This document shows, piece after piece, positions 35,891 through 46,311 of a DNA stretch of 64,000 bases. The stretch's first letter is position 1, and the number at the start of each line of letters is the position of its first letter. The stretch lies in IMG/VR virus record IMGVR_UViG_3300050491_000011; one strand, 5' to 3'. The position numbers were made by a program, and so were the translations under genes. This stretch comes from a virus (Duplodnaviria; Caudoviricetes). The notes beneath the pieces were generated by a model that saw only the letters and a program-made list of their open reading frames with translations, did not search any database and was not told where the DNA came from.

Positions 35891-37435
35891 TCAGTCGTCG
35901 AAGTCACGCCAGTCATTACCACCTTCGCCATTAGTAGTACGCGCACCTACTTTCTTATACGAAAGATCTTCGTCAAGAAGCAGATCGTACTTGAAGCCCA
36001 TCATCGGGTAATCCAAGAACTTCAATGCGTAATACTTATCCTGTTCCTGAGTTGCACCGATCTTACGATGCTTACCCCATTGGAACTCAGCCCATGCTTG
36101 ACCTTGGTGGATAGTCTTCGCGGTAAAGACCTCATAGTCAAACTCGGTGTTGAGCTTCTTGGAGCCCTCGTAGTAGCCTTTATCTACCAGACGCTTGATG
36201 TAGTCGTCAGGATAGGTTCGAGCCAAGTCACGAGTCGCTGGAGACAGTTGGTGAGCTGTGTACGCAAAGATGTTGTTCGGAGACGTGAACTTACGGACGC
36301 GACGGTGCGCTCCTTGAATCTCGTCACCGGCAACAGCAGCCACGATGTTGTTTTTTGTCAACAGGTTGATGTAGTCGCAACCAGCCGAAACAATCTCGTA
36401 ACCTTCTTTGATGAATTGCTTCAAGTCATCGATATAGTCATCGACGTCTGCACCACGAGTGTAGTCCAGAATCATGACGTGCCAGCCATTGGCTGTCATC
36501 TTATCGAAAACGTACTGGGCGATCTCACGGGAGTCGACGCCCTTGGTTACAACAGGTAGACCAAACTCGTATTGCATCAACAGGGTGTATAGCTTCTGAA
36601 GAACCAGCTCGGGTTTATCTTCCGCAGTAGCAAATACATGTAGCGGTTTCTTCGTCTCATCAAACAGCACGGGACTGTTGAAGATACAGAATGCAAACAA
36701 TTGATCCAGCAGAGTACCGGACTTGTTCATACCCGGCAATGCGGATACGTTAGCCCACTCACCACGTCGTGCGCCTTCCTGATCGCCGGTCATCCGGTTA
36801 GCAGCCTTGAAGCCGTACTTGAGGATAGCCCGTGGATCAATAGCAAGCTGAGCCATCGCGTAGACTTCCGACAGACTTTCAACGTCACTGATGTCAATGC
36901 GACGCATCGCACCACCAGCTTGACGCTTACCAGACAGTGGAAGCTCTGTCATCTTGGCGATGATCTCTTCACGGAAGCGCGCTACGTCGCCGACCTTCTC
37001 ACGATCAAAGCCGAGCTTACGTGCAGCGTCCCGCAGGAGTTTCGTGAACTCCTCTACACCAATGAAGTCGTACAGCTCAGCTGTTGCTTCATCGAGTTTA
37101 TCCTTGGCTGCGTCCGGATCGTCTACCAATAGAATGGTGCGGGTAAATAGATCATATAGGCGATCATTATCCCCTGCGGCGATTCGGATGCGACCCATTA
37201 GGTCGTTAATGTCGTACGGATGCTCTGATCCTTTCTTCTTCATCCAGATGACTAAGTTCCGAACTCGGGACAAAGCGTTGTGTTCCCGGTTGGAGTTTGA
37301 AGCATCATCAGTTAGATGAAGGTGATCGAGTGTACGATCGATTACATTGAGCAAAGCCTCAGGGTCATTCTTGCCCGAATGACTCGAGTAGTACATGGCA
37401 CTGATGGCCTTGGCTAACAGTAGCTTAATTTCCAT
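35891..37435 (-). CDS. dnaB: DnaB-like replicative helicase (phiKZ gp118-like)
   Basis: Walker A variant ALPGMNKSG, CDYINL, AHQLS, WGKHR motifs; lies next to the capsid gene as in phiKZ. Confidence 0.85.
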   Translation of the reverse strand: MEIKLLLAKAISAMYYSSHSGKNDPEALLNVIDRTLDHLHLTDDASNSNREHNALSRVRNLVIWMKKKGSEHPYDINDLMGRIRIAAGDNDRLYDLFTRTILLVDDPDAAKDKLDEATAELYDFIGVEEFTKLLRDAARKLGFDREKVGDVARFREEIIAKMTELPLSGKRQAGGAMRRIDISDVESLSEVYAMAQLAIDPRAILKYGFKAANRMTGDQEGARRGEWANVSALPGMNKSGTLLDQLFAFCIFNSPVLFDETKKPLHVFATAEDKPELVLQKLYTLLMQYEFGLPVVTKGVDSREIAQYVFDKMTANGWHVMILDYTRGADVDDYIDDLKQFIKEGYEIVSAGCDYINLLTKNNIVAAVAGDEIQGAHRRVRKFTSPNNIFAYTAHQLSPATRDLARTYPDDYIKRLVDKGYYEGSKKLNTEFDYEVFTAKTIHQGQAWAEFQWGKHRKIGATQEQDKYYALKFLDYPMMGFKYDLLLDEDLSYKKVGARTTNGEGGNDWRDFDD

Positions 37436-37473
37436 ACCGCCTCACCGCAGGCAAATTGAATTGGGGATATCTC

Positions 37474-38001
37474 ATGAGTAAGCCAGTCAGTATTCGCTAC
37501 ATCCCAAAATGGTTGAGCGGTGCTATGACGCACTACGGGACTGACATCAAAGAATTCGAAAGCATAGTATCGAGACACGATGTTGATCTTTACAAGTTGG
37601 CGAACCATCTGTTCCGCGCTCGTCTGAACAGTATGGGTCTGGAAGAGTTTGATTTCCCAGACGCCGATGCTGGTAAAGGCTTCAGCGCAGATGATGCTGT
37701 GTTCGCTCTGTTCGGGGGTAACCCACAACAGCTGGCGATCCCTCAGTTCGTCCTGGGCTACTTCGACATCTATCCTGACAAGTACGATGGTATCATCATC
37801 GTCGAGCGGGAAGGTGGTGAAGTAAAGGATGTTATGAAAGAACTGCTGAAAGCTGTCGCCCTTTATCGGGGCGTCGATGTGGCTTACGCGTCGGTTGTCT
37901 TCAGAAGATATCTGGAGAAAGTAAATAAAGACCTTGAGCCCGGCAGCAGTCATGCGGTCAACCTTACTCGTGAATTGGCGAACAACGACCAGCACGAGTG
38001 A
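37474..38001 (+). CDS. Hypothetical protein between helicase and capsid
   Basis: GGGGA SD before ATG 37474. Confidence 0.8.
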   Translation: MSKPVSIRYIPKWLSGAMTHYGTDIKEFESIVSRHDVDLYKLANHLFRARLNSMGLEEFDFPDADAGKGFSADDAVFALFGGNPQQLAIPQFVLGYFDIYPDKYDGIIIVEREGGEVKDVMKELLKAVALYRGVDVAYASVVFRRYLEKVNKDLEPGSSHAVNLTRELANNDQHE

Positions 38002-38041
38002 TAAGTGATACATGTTATGCAAATCACTGCTATTACGGTGA

Positions 38042-38180
38042 TATGTATAAACACACGGTTTCCATAACGCCTGCGGGACGTAGGATCGCTGTCTCTAGTC
38101 GACTAGTGACAGGTCGGCGTCGATCCTAAAATAGAAGCTTCTATCCTTCAGCAACACCAAATTGCAATTTGGAGCAATTC
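38042..38180 (+). promoter_or_regulatory. Late-type TATG promoter and structured capsid 5' leader
   Basis: TATG at 38042-38045; 8-bp stem TAGGATCG/CGATCCTA; three perfect palindromes. Confidence 0.55.
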
Positions 38181-40367
38181 ATGAGCAAGATCGTAATTGA
38201 CAAAAAATCCGGTATGCCGGATCTGGAACACGTTTCCGCAGTGAAGATCAAAGATCACCTGCTGAACGGTAATGGTTACAGCACCGAAGCCAGCGACATG
38301 CTGAGCGCCCTGCAAAACGGCAGCTTCGAAGCTCGTAGCACCCTGTCCCAGATCGCTGGTGAACTGGCCGGCGTCCTGCAAACCACCGTTGAAAACCAGA
38401 AAGCCGAATACGCCAACCCTGCTGGTCTGGCCGCTGCGTCCTTCCTGAAAGCATTCGGTAGCAAGCCTTCCGAACTGCTGCGCCTGCAAACTTCGATGGA
38501 AGGCAAGTCGCTGACCGACGGCACCCGTTACGCTCACGCTGACGGTTCCGAGTACGACAGCGTCTACTCCACCGAATCGTACGACAACCAGTCGCTGATC
38601 GACCACCTGTCGATTTCGATCGGTCTGAACTACAAGATCGCTCGCCAAGGCCCGGCCATGGAAATGATCTACCGCACTGTGCCTCTGTCCCCAGAGCAAG
38701 GCGGTATCGACATCCAGATCCCGAACCTGTACGTCGAAAACACCCTGCAACACGCCCTGGACGGTTCCGAGTCGGACTTCGGCCTGCGCCGTGTAATGGA
38801 CTCCGCGATCGACTTCACCGTTCTGAACGACAACAGCACTCAGCTGATCCCTGGCTACAACGCCACTTCCGCTGCGAACTTCGTCGCCACTTCGGTTATC
38901 ACTCCGTTCGACTACGTCAACGGTCGCCGCACTGTCAAGACCTCCGGTCTGGCCGTTGGCAAAACCATCAACCTGCTCGGCATCGGCCAGATCGATTCCG
39001 TACAGCGCGTTGGCCAGGCTGACTACACTGAAGCACTGGACCGCAACATCGGTATCGAATCCGTGTTCCTGAGCCTCGGCGCAGACACCATCCGCTTCGA
39101 CACCAAAGGCCTGCCGTACAGCCGCTTCGTGAAGACTCCAGAGCAAGGCGGTCGCGCCATGGCGCTGAACTTCCCGCTGACCACCCTGGAAATCAACAAG
39201 GACACCGTTGCCTACGACGACGCTGCCCTGGCTGGTTCGGTCTTCGGCACCATCGCTACCGGCGACTACAAAGTCCGCCTGAAAACCATCATCAACGGTC
39301 AAGCTGACGTTGAGCGCGGTACTGTGAACATCAACGCCGGTTCGCTGGAAGTGATGTACATCAAGAACGCCGCTGGCGACAAGATCGACGTTGCTGCTGG
39401 CGTTGGTAAGACCATCGTTGATGGCCTCGCTGCACTGACCACCTCTGCCTGGTGGCCTGATGCTCGCCTGACCAACACCAACCATCGTCACCTGGGCCTG
39501 ATGCTCAACGTGCGTAACGTGACCGAACGTCTGCTGACCCGTCAGCGCGCGCCGTTCTTCGTTCCGTACCCACTGAGCGAAAACCGCGACCAGACCGTAA
39601 TGGACTGGTTGACCTTCGCCGTTGGTTCCTACATCAACAACGAAGCTGTCGGCACCCTGATCGGCTACCACGAGCGCCTGATGCGCCTGACTGGCGGCCT
39701 GCGCGGTGAGCTGACCGGCGGTGACTTCGAAATCAACGCACTGCCTATCGAAGGTATTGGCCGCTGGTTGGTCAACCCTTACGTTCAGGAACTGGACGTT
39801 GACCTGATGGAAACCGCTCAGTCGCAGGAAACTGTGGCAAACGTGGAAAACGGTATCGAAGTGCTGGTCAACACCCTGCGCTCCGTGTCCTTCGACATCC
39901 TGCAACGCACCAACTACGAAAACGCCTGCCGTTACATGGACGGTGGCGAGATCACTTCGAAGTGGCGCATTGCCCTGGTTACCAGCAAGAAGATCGAGCG
40001 CTTCATGACGATCCAAGGCGACAGCCGCACCCTGGGTGCCGGCCTGAGCTACCAGCTGGAAGCCGACGTCGACCAACGTCTGTCGGACGTGATGTACCTC
40101 ACCATCGTTCGCGATGGCGAAGGCGTGGACGCTCTGTCCGCCGGTGCAATGCTGTTGACTCCGACCCTCGTGTCGACCATCAGCGTTACCCGTAACAACC
40201 GTCCTGGTAACGAAGCTGTTGTACAGCCTCGCTTCCAGCACTACAACTTCCTGCCGATCATCGTCAAGCTGAACATCAAAGGCGTCGACGAGCTGCTGGA
40301 ACAGACCCTGCCTTTTCGTATCAAAGGCGACGTTAATACCACTGAAGTTGGCGGCACCCAGCCGTAA
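38181..40367 (+). CDS. Major capsid protein (phiKZ gp120-like)
   Basis: 728 aa, extreme codon optimisation, N-terminal region with S-x-E sites (STE36, SFE50, SME107, STE132), position between DnaB and the nvRNAP subunit. Confidence 0.85.
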   Translation: MSKIVIDKKSGMPDLEHVSAVKIKDHLLNGNGYSTEASDMLSALQNGSFEARSTLSQIAGELAGVLQTTVENQKAEYANPAGLAAASFLKAFGSKPSELLRLQTSMEGKSLTDGTRYAHADGSEYDSVYSTESYDNQSLIDHLSISIGLNYKIARQGPAMEMIYRTVPLSPEQGGIDIQIPNLYVENTLQHALDGSESDFGLRRVMDSAIDFTVLNDNSTQLIPGYNATSAANFVATSVITPFDYVNGRRTVKTSGLAVGKTINLLGIGQIDSVQRVGQADYTEALDRNIGIESVFLSLGADTIRFDTKGLPYSRFVKTPEQGGRAMALNFPLTTLEINKDTVAYDDAALAGSVFGTIATGDYKVRLKTIINGQADVERGTVNINAGSLEVMYIKNAAGDKIDVAAGVGKTIVDGLAALTTSAWWPDARLTNTNHRHLGLMLNVRNVTERLLTRQRAPFFVPYPLSENRDQTVMDWLTFAVGSYINNEAVGTLIGYHERLMRLTGGLRGELTGGDFEINALPIEGIGRWLVNPYVQELDVDLMETAQSQETVANVENGIEVLVNTLRSVSFDILQRTNYENACRYMDGGEITSKWRIALVTSKKIERFMTIQGDSRTLGAGLSYQLEADVDQRLSDVMYLTIVRDGEGVDALSAGAMLLTPTLVSTISVTRNNRPGNEAVVQPRFQHYNFLPIIVKLNIKGVDELLEQTLPFRIKGDVNTTEVGGTQP

Positions 40368-40424
40368 CTTGGACCTGCCGCCGGAAGTAATTCCGGTTGC
40401 ACCCTAAGTGGATTGACGGGTTAA

Positions 40425-40457
40425 CATAAAGCCGGGACTTCGGTCCCGGCTTTATGC
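40425..40457. terminator. Hairpin terminator, CATAAA...TTTATGC class
   Basis: CATAAAGCCGGGAC-TTCG-GTCCCGGCTTTATG. Confidence 0.85.
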
Positions 40458-40572
40458 CGTCTACGGCTATTAGTGGATAAAGAAATTACAGCCATACATT
40501 ACTAAAATAGGCGTAGTAGGAAAGAGTAAAACAATTGGGGACCGTAGTTATATACACAGGGGCAATAAGGTT

Positions 40573-41688
40573 ATGGATAGTTCGGGACGTCGTTTTGTTC
40601 CGTTCGATAAGTTCACCTCTAGAGCAGAGTTGAACGACCCCGACTTGAAGGGTCGCGAGAACGCAGCGTTTACAATGCGCTATGTTAATGCGTCAAGTCG
40701 GACTCTAAGCGTCAAAACCAGAATGGGCGTGCATTCGATTCTCAAACCGAAGCAGTACACTCAGGGCGGTGAATACATTGACGTCTTTCTCGAATGGACT
40801 ATGACTAAGGAATCTTACAAATCGACCTATGTTGATTTCTTAGACCGGCATCACAATCCGCAGGGGTTAGCAGCGGAGATCATTAATGCCTTTGAAGCCA
40901 GATTGAATTCCTGGTCTCATGCAGGCAAGTTGTCTACTCTACAGATCCATGTGGAGATTCAGCTTAATGATGTTGTTAATGCTGGCGGCACTGTGTACCT
41001 GGAAGAGTTGGATCTGCTGATCTCGCTTGAGCCAGAAGTTGAGAAGTTCGAGGAACATCCGTTCAGTAACTTTAATCGGTTGCAGTACGGGTTAGCCGCT
41101 GACCTACCTCACTTGGGTAAAGATACTCTGCTGTTCTCGATCAAAGCCGTAGACAATAGTTCTCTTAGGAATCGACATGATCGGTTTATCCTATTGGGTA
41201 ATACCGTTCACCACATTCCAATTGAACGCGATTTAAGGTTACGTGACGGTGTACATGTCACAACTCGGCGACCAGCCGCTGTGAAGAACGTCGTAGGGTC
41301 TGGTGCAACCATCCACACTGAACATCTGTCGTTTGAAGATGCAGATGCTCGGTACAACTTAGCTGACAGTATTGAGAAAGCCCAAGCTGGTGTTAGTTGG
41401 CAAGAAATGCGTAAAGAAGAAATCGCTCGTAGGGCTCACGATCAGAAGATGAAAGAATTTGATCGGGCGGGTGAGAAGGCTGATACAGACCACACGTATA
41501 CACGAGAGAAGACAGAGTCCGAAAGGGCATTCGCTCGTGAGCGTGAGGAATGGCTTCGCTGGAAACATCGCGAAGACGATGTTAAGGAGAAGACTAAAAA
41601 CTTGGGCGACTGGATACGTCTGGTCGGTGGGATAATCACATCGTCGCTAACTGTGTTAACGATGGTGGCTAAAATGAAACCTTCATAG
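40573..41688 (+). CDS. Conserved phiKZ-like hypothetical protein (charged coiled coil and C-terminal hydrophobic helix)
   Basis: 371-aa ORF directly before the nvRNAP subunit; AAATTACAG motif upstream. Confidence 0.8.
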   Translation: MDSSGRRFVPFDKFTSRAELNDPDLKGRENAAFTMRYVNASSRTLSVKTRMGVHSILKPKQYTQGGEYIDVFLEWTMTKESYKSTYVDFLDRHHNPQGLAAEIINAFEARLNSWSHAGKLSTLQIHVEIQLNDVVNAGGTVYLEELDLLISLEPEVEKFEEHPFSNFNRLQYGLAADLPHLGKDTLLFSIKAVDNSSLRNRHDRFILLGNTVHHIPIERDLRLRDGVHVTTRRPAAVKNVVGSGATIHTEHLSFEDADARYNLADSIEKAQAGVSWQEMRKEEIARRAHDQKMKEFDRAGEKADTDHTYTREKTESERAFAREREEWLRWKHREDDVKEKTKNLGDWIRLVGGIITSSLTVLTMVAKMKPS

Positions 41689-41704
41689 ATGGGCAGGGGA
41701 TGGA

Positions 41705-43357
41705 ATGCATACTTGGTTATTTGACGACTTGCAGCAAAGGATGCCTGTTTTCAATCAGGACATTCTGGATGGCCTCGCCTATCGCGGCCTGGACGATGCT
41801 AAAGGCCTCGTAGATCAGACTATTGCGTGTGCTGAAAACAGTTATCCAGATGACTTTGAGTACAACGGATCTTACATCTGTAGTCCTCAAGAAGCGTACA
41901 GCGTTATGTCATCTTCGCTGACACGCTCCGATCGTTCCACCCCCTCCATCGACTTAGCGCAAAGCGATGTCTACATGGTGAAGTATCAGTTCTCCTGTAA
42001 TGGCGTTCCGCTATACCCGCGGTACTTCTGTCTGCCAGCACCGCGGCGCGGTGGTTTGCTCACAATTACAGGAAAGCAATTTGCCATCGGCGATGTTCTC
42101 ACAGACCCTGGCCTTTCGATAGGCCAGGACTTTGTGTTCATCCGTATGTCACGCGCTCCGGTTACATTCAAGCGCCTGATCTACACCGTTTTGAAAGATG
42201 GAGAAGATTACTCCGAGTACATTGCTTATTCTTGGTTGCACCATCGGTCTGCCAACAATAACAAGAAGTCGGAAAGTGACACCATCACGCTAGGTAAGGT
42301 GATGTCTACTCTGCCGCATTATCTCTTCTGCCGTTATGGCTTGAAGGAGACGTTCGCTCGGTTTGCGTATTGCGATGTTGCAATCGTTACCGAAGAGTTC
42401 TTGGCGGAGAACCCTGTTGACCCGGACAAGTACACCGTAGTCAGATCAGCCAAGTCCCGGCCGGCTGCATTGAAGCTGCGTGTGCATTACCCTGATATCG
42501 CTACAAATCTCTGCTTGATCATTCCTAAAGCGGCTACCAATCAACTTACCATGGCTTTCGCCCTGGCCTTCTTCTATCTCGTGGATCTGTTTCCTCAGGA
42601 TCTGCTGGTTGAAGACTTGCTGGGTGATGACATCTGGAAGCGCTGGATGGGTTACGTTCTCTTTGGCGACCAGATGTCTGTTGGTAAGCTGGTTGAGAAC
42701 GTGGTGAGTCACCTCATCAGTCTGGATGATTACGTAGACATCGAGGTACGCAAGACTCTGCTGGATGAAGAGAACTTGGATGTTGAAAACCTCTACGAGT
42801 TCTTCGCTTACATCCTCGTTCAGATCGATCACCTGATCGACTCGAAAGCGGAATCCATTGGCTCCATGTATGGAAAACGCTTGGTGACTGCGCAGTATGT
42901 ACTGCGTGACATCTACGAGCAGATCTTCCGGTGTCTCTTTGAGATCACAAACAACCGGAAGCGTAAGCACACAGCGGATGACTACAACAAGATCTTGGGT
43001 AAGTTCTTTATGCCCACGATCATCTTCAACCTTCGCAAGACCAGCAGCAAACCGTTTATGTCCAGCGTGTCTACACCTGGCGACAACATGTTCTTCCGAA
43101 TCACATCTCGCTTGGTAATGCAGGCGCAAACAAGCGCTGGGCGTAAATCCCAGAACTTGAACGTGAACGATCCACAATCGTGGCTCGACGGTTCGATTGC
43201 TGAAGGGGGTAACCACCTTATCCTTCCGAAGCACTCCCCACTGGGTCGTAATACGATCAACCCGACAGTGGAACTGGACGAGAAGAACACGATTGTGCGG
43301 AAAGAACACATGAAGCCAATCGTTGCGCATATCGACGCCGCTATCGGCCGTAACTAA
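41705..43357 (+). CDS. Non-virion RNA polymerase beta-type subunit (phiKZ gp123-like)
   Basis: 550 aa; P.FN..I.DGLA N-terminus and AEGG...LPK.SP.GR..INP C-terminus; syntenic downstream of the capsid gene. Confidence 0.75.
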   Translation: MHTWLFDDLQQRMPVFNQDILDGLAYRGLDDAKGLVDQTIACAENSYPDDFEYNGSYICSPQEAYSVMSSSLTRSDRSTPSIDLAQSDVYMVKYQFSCNGVPLYPRYFCLPAPRRGGLLTITGKQFAIGDVLTDPGLSIGQDFVFIRMSRAPVTFKRLIYTVLKDGEDYSEYIAYSWLHHRSANNNKKSESDTITLGKVMSTLPHYLFCRYGLKETFARFAYCDVAIVTEEFLAENPVDPDKYTVVRSAKSRPAALKLRVHYPDIATNLCLIIPKAATNQLTMAFALAFFYLVDLFPQDLLVEDLLGDDIWKRWMGYVLFGDQMSVGKLVENVVSHLISLDDYVDIEVRKTLLDEENLDVENLYEFFAYILVQIDHLIDSKAESIGSMYGKRLVTAQYVLRDIYEQIFRCLFEITNNRKRKHTADDYNKILGKFFMPTIIFNLRKTSSKPFMSSVSTPGDNMFFRITSRLVMQAQTSAGRKSQNLNVNDPQSWLDGSIAEGGNHLILPKHSPLGRNTINPTVELDEKNTIVRKEHMKPIVAHIDAAIGRN

Positions 43358-43383
43358 TTCAACCTCACTAATAGGGAAGCTGT

Positions 43384-45327
43384 ATGTCACGCGACCAACG
43401 CGAATCTGAACGGATCTGGAACCTCGTCTTTGACGAGACCGTCCGTTACATCGAGGCAAAGGCTGATGGTGTCGATGTACGGGATGATTTCATTCTGGAT
43501 CTTCGCCGCAGTTACGCTGAGAACCTCGGCAAGCATCGTTACAACAACAACAACATGGACAAGCTGGTCAAGTTGACCTTTGTGAACCTTCGCGAAATCG
43601 AAGACGAACTGGGTCAACGTGGTGATCGCGAGAAAGACGTCATCCGTATGGGTGTTGAAGCGATGGTGGATGGTCACTTCGCTGAATCCGTCTTTGCCGA
43701 TCCGAAGCTTGTTCGGGAACTACCGCGTGATGCTGAGCGCGGTATGGAAGAAGCAATGCGGTTGGCTGGTAAGCTGGCCGGCGGTGGACGCCGTCGTGGT
43801 GGTCGTGATGATCGTGATGACGATCGTGGCGGTGGTGGGGCTCGTTGGAGCAATCGTGATGATCGTGATGATCGGGACCGTGACCGCGGTGGCCGTGATC
43901 GTGATCGTCGTGATACTCGCCGTAGTGGTCCTCGTGATAGTCGTGCTGGTAACGATAGCGACGACATTCACGATATCCTCTCTGACATCGGTGTTGCTAA
44001 CGATGAACGGGATGATCGGGACGACCGCGATGAGCGTGATGACCGTCGTGATGAGCCACGGCGTGAACGCGAACCTGAGCGTGAACGCGAGTACGAACAC
44101 CCTGCTGAACCGCTGCCGCATCTGGAAGCACGTAACACCCACGTAGATGGTCCTGACCATACGCGTGCAAACCCGTACGAAGATTACTGGGTGGATGATG
44201 AGCATTGGCGTGTCGCTCACTTGTCCGGCTGGAAACTTACTGGCGATGGTGAATCCCTGATCACTCTCGTCCCAACCCTTTACGACGTAAACCAGTACAT
44301 CAAGTACTACGTCATGAATAGCAGCGGCGAAGTCCGCGAGGAGTTAGTTGAAGTGGATAACGAAAACAAGCAATTGGCACACAGCCTGCGTGAAGACACC
44401 CAAGGTATCGACATCCCGAAAGCAGCTCCTACCGGCGGTATCTCGCTGAAGGCTCTGAAAGAAGGTACTACCGAAATCAGCCTGGAGCTGGATAAGCCTG
44501 GTCTGAAGCTGGGTGACCTGATCAAGCAGATCCCTACTGACCAGTTGACCTTCAGCAATGCTCTCGCCGCCGACAGCATCGCAAGCTCCGTATTCCAAGG
44601 GCGTGTACGCCTGAACTCGGAAGAAGCACCTGTTCGCGTTGATGTGCAATTCCTGCGTACCCCAATCGCTGTACAAGACATCGGTCAACTCGACCTGGTT
44701 GCTAAAGTCGGCGCCGCTGGCACCCTGACCCAAGCCGCTGAGCTGATGGAAGAACTGAAGCCACAATTCGAGAAGCCTGTATTCGAGCTTCTGAACAAAC
44801 GCTTCACCGAAAACCTGCTGCGCTCCGCGAAATTCCAGTTCCAGTTCGACAAGGTTGCTAAGCTGAACTTCAGCCAGCACTACGGCCGCTTCCTGACCGC
44901 TTACGGCAATGTCCGTGGCGCTGGTGAAGCTGCGCAGTTCGCACAGCGTGTTGGTCACGTCACCACCCTGTCGACCGCTTACGTATCTGCTGAAGAAATC
45001 GCCGACATCGCCGGCGATCTGATCGTTGATGTGAAGAATCCGAAAGCTCTGGTCTTCCTCGACGTTCTGGCTGTTGCATCCTTCGCTGCTACCATCGACG
45101 AACTGGGCATCGGCCTGGCTCTGACCATGGACGAAACCGGTCTGGCTGTAACTCAGTCTACCAACCGCGACCTGTTCACCACCCTGCGCGGTCTGTACTC
45201 GGCTCTCGAGCAGCAGACTCCCCCAGGCCTGAAGCCTCGCCTCTTGCTGTCCACCTCTGACAACCGCCTGATTGAAGTACTGCCTTACGCCTGCCGCCTG
45301 GAATCTTTCATCCTGGCTGCTGTGTAA
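43384..45327 (+). CDS. Hypothetical protein with a long R/D/G-rich disordered segment
   Basis: 647 aa; aa about 133-240 are low-complexity mixed charge. Confidence 0.85.
   Translation: MSRDQRESERIWNLVFDETVRYIEAKADGVDVRDDFILDLRRSYAENLGKHRYNNNNMDKLVKLTFVNLREIEDELGQRGDREKDVIRMGVEAMVDGHFAESVFADPKLVRELPRDAERGMEEAMRLAGKLAGGGRRRGGRDDRDDDRGGGGARWSNRDDRDDRDRDRGGRDRDRRDTRRSGPRDSRAGNDSDDIHDILSDIGVANDERDDRDDRDERDDRRDEPRREREPEREREYEHPAEPLPHLEARNTHVDGPDHTRANPYEDYWVDDEHWRVAHLSGWKLTGDGESLITLVPTLYDVNQYIKYYVMNSSGEVREELVEVDNENKQLAHSLREDTQGIDIPKAAPTGGISLKALKEGTTEISLELDKPGLKLGDLIKQIPTDQLTFSNALAADSIASSVFQGRVRLNSEEAPVRVDVQFLRTPIAVQDIGQLDLVAKVGAAGTLTQAAELMEELKPQFEKPVFELLNKRFTENLLRSAKFQFQFDKVAKLNFSQHYGRFLTAYGNVRGAGEAAQFAQRVGHVTTLSTAYVSAEEIADIAGDLIVDVKNPKALVFLDVLAVASFAATIDELGIGLALTMDETGLAVTQSTNRDLFTTLRGLYSALEQQTPPGLKPRLLLSTSDNRLIEVLPYACRLESFILAAV
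43785..44100 (+). repeat. Degenerate GATCGT/GACCGT microrepeats encoding RD/RE dipeptides
   Basis: Visible in the sequence and in the translation. Confidence 0.75.
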
Positions 45328-45492
45328 GCTTTACCATCAGGTTCCTGCTACGCCAAGCACAGAGGTGGCCCGCAATGTGGCCGCACCCAACCATCTAACC
45401 GTAATACTGTAGGACGAATCCGTACACCCTTCAATGGGTGTACGGTGCATTATCCGAGAGGTAATGTTTTTTTTGTTTGGAAACCACAGGGG

Positions 45493-46137
45493 ATGACGAT
45501 GACTTCTATCATCGAACGCTTGGCATTTGCTAATCCCGAGGAAGAAGCTTCTTTTGAAGCCTCCGGGATGGAATACGAAAACGAGATTTACATCTCGGGT
45601 TATGATCTTAATCAGATCGTCACCACAGCGACGTATCACGAGGGTCAGGAGCAATGGGGGATCTTTGTACCCAAGTCTGATCAGAACGCCTCCAGCGGCT
45701 CCATACGCGTTCGTATGACCGAACATGAAGACGCTTCGGTTGTGTACGAGCAAACTACGAAGACTGACGCTAAAGAGAAGGGTAAACTCGAGAACGAGCG
45801 TCCTTCTGATGAAGTAATGTTCGGCCAGTTCAAACTGATGGCTGATCAGGGTCTCATCAAGATGCGCTACGTCATCGAAGCTCAGACTCGTGACGGCGAA
45901 CCCTTCAAGTTTGAAGTGGACATCTTCCGCAACGGTAAAGGTGAAGTAGTTCCATGGGCGAAGATCGATGCTGAACTTCCTGACGGTTATGAACTGACCC
46001 CAGAAGAGATCCCGTTCACTCATGATGAACTCATCATCCTGACCCCTGCCATGAAAGTGGACCGTCAGGCTGAAGTGAATAAGAAGGTCGCTAAGTTGTA
46101 CGAGACCTACTTCCGTAGCCCGAACGTTCACGTATGA
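45493..46137 (+). CDS. CYTH / triphosphate tunnel metalloenzyme-like protein
   Basis: EYENEIY, IRVR, YEQTTK, ENE, KMRY, FEVDIF, KIDAEL follow the CYTH motif order. Confidence 0.7.
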   Translation: MTMTSIIERLAFANPEEEASFEASGMEYENEIYISGYDLNQIVTTATYHEGQEQWGIFVPKSDQNASSGSIRVRMTEHEDASVVYEQTTKTDAKEKGKLENERPSDEVMFGQFKLMADQGLIKMRYVIEAQTRDGEPFKFEVDIFRNGKGEVVPWAKIDAELPDGYELTPEEIPFTHDELIILTPAMKVDRQAEVNKKVAKLYETYFRSPNVHV

Positions 46138-46145
46138 GGTGCTGT

Positions 46146-46298
46146 ATGTACGCCAACAAGTTAGCCTTGGCTATCAGTGCCGTTATCCATTCCAAAGCTT
46201 ATACAGATCAGCAGCGCCGGGATGATATTGCTTGGCTGCGTAGTTTGTATGAGATCACGGAACCTAATGTGGTTGGCACTATCGGTCACGTTAGTTAA
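46146..46298 (+). CDS. Small hypothetical protein (50 aa, not in ORF track)
   Basis: GAGGTG SD; MYANKLALAISAVIHSKAYTDQQRRDDIAWLRSLYEITEPNVVGTIGHVS. Confidence 0.55.
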   Translation: MYANKLALAISAVIHSKAYTDQQRRDDIAWLRSLYEITEPNVVGTIGHVS

Positions 46299-46311
46299 TG
46301 GCATAAGCCGA

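Noticed and set aside
38148-40241. 697-aa antisense ORF over the capsid gene
   Set aside because: Shadow ORF from strong codon bias on the sense strand; no SD, and the composition is atypical.
43785-44100. Short direct repeats as a possible CRISPR or origin array
   Set aside because: Degenerate, in-frame and without unique spacers; they are explained by RD dipeptide coding.
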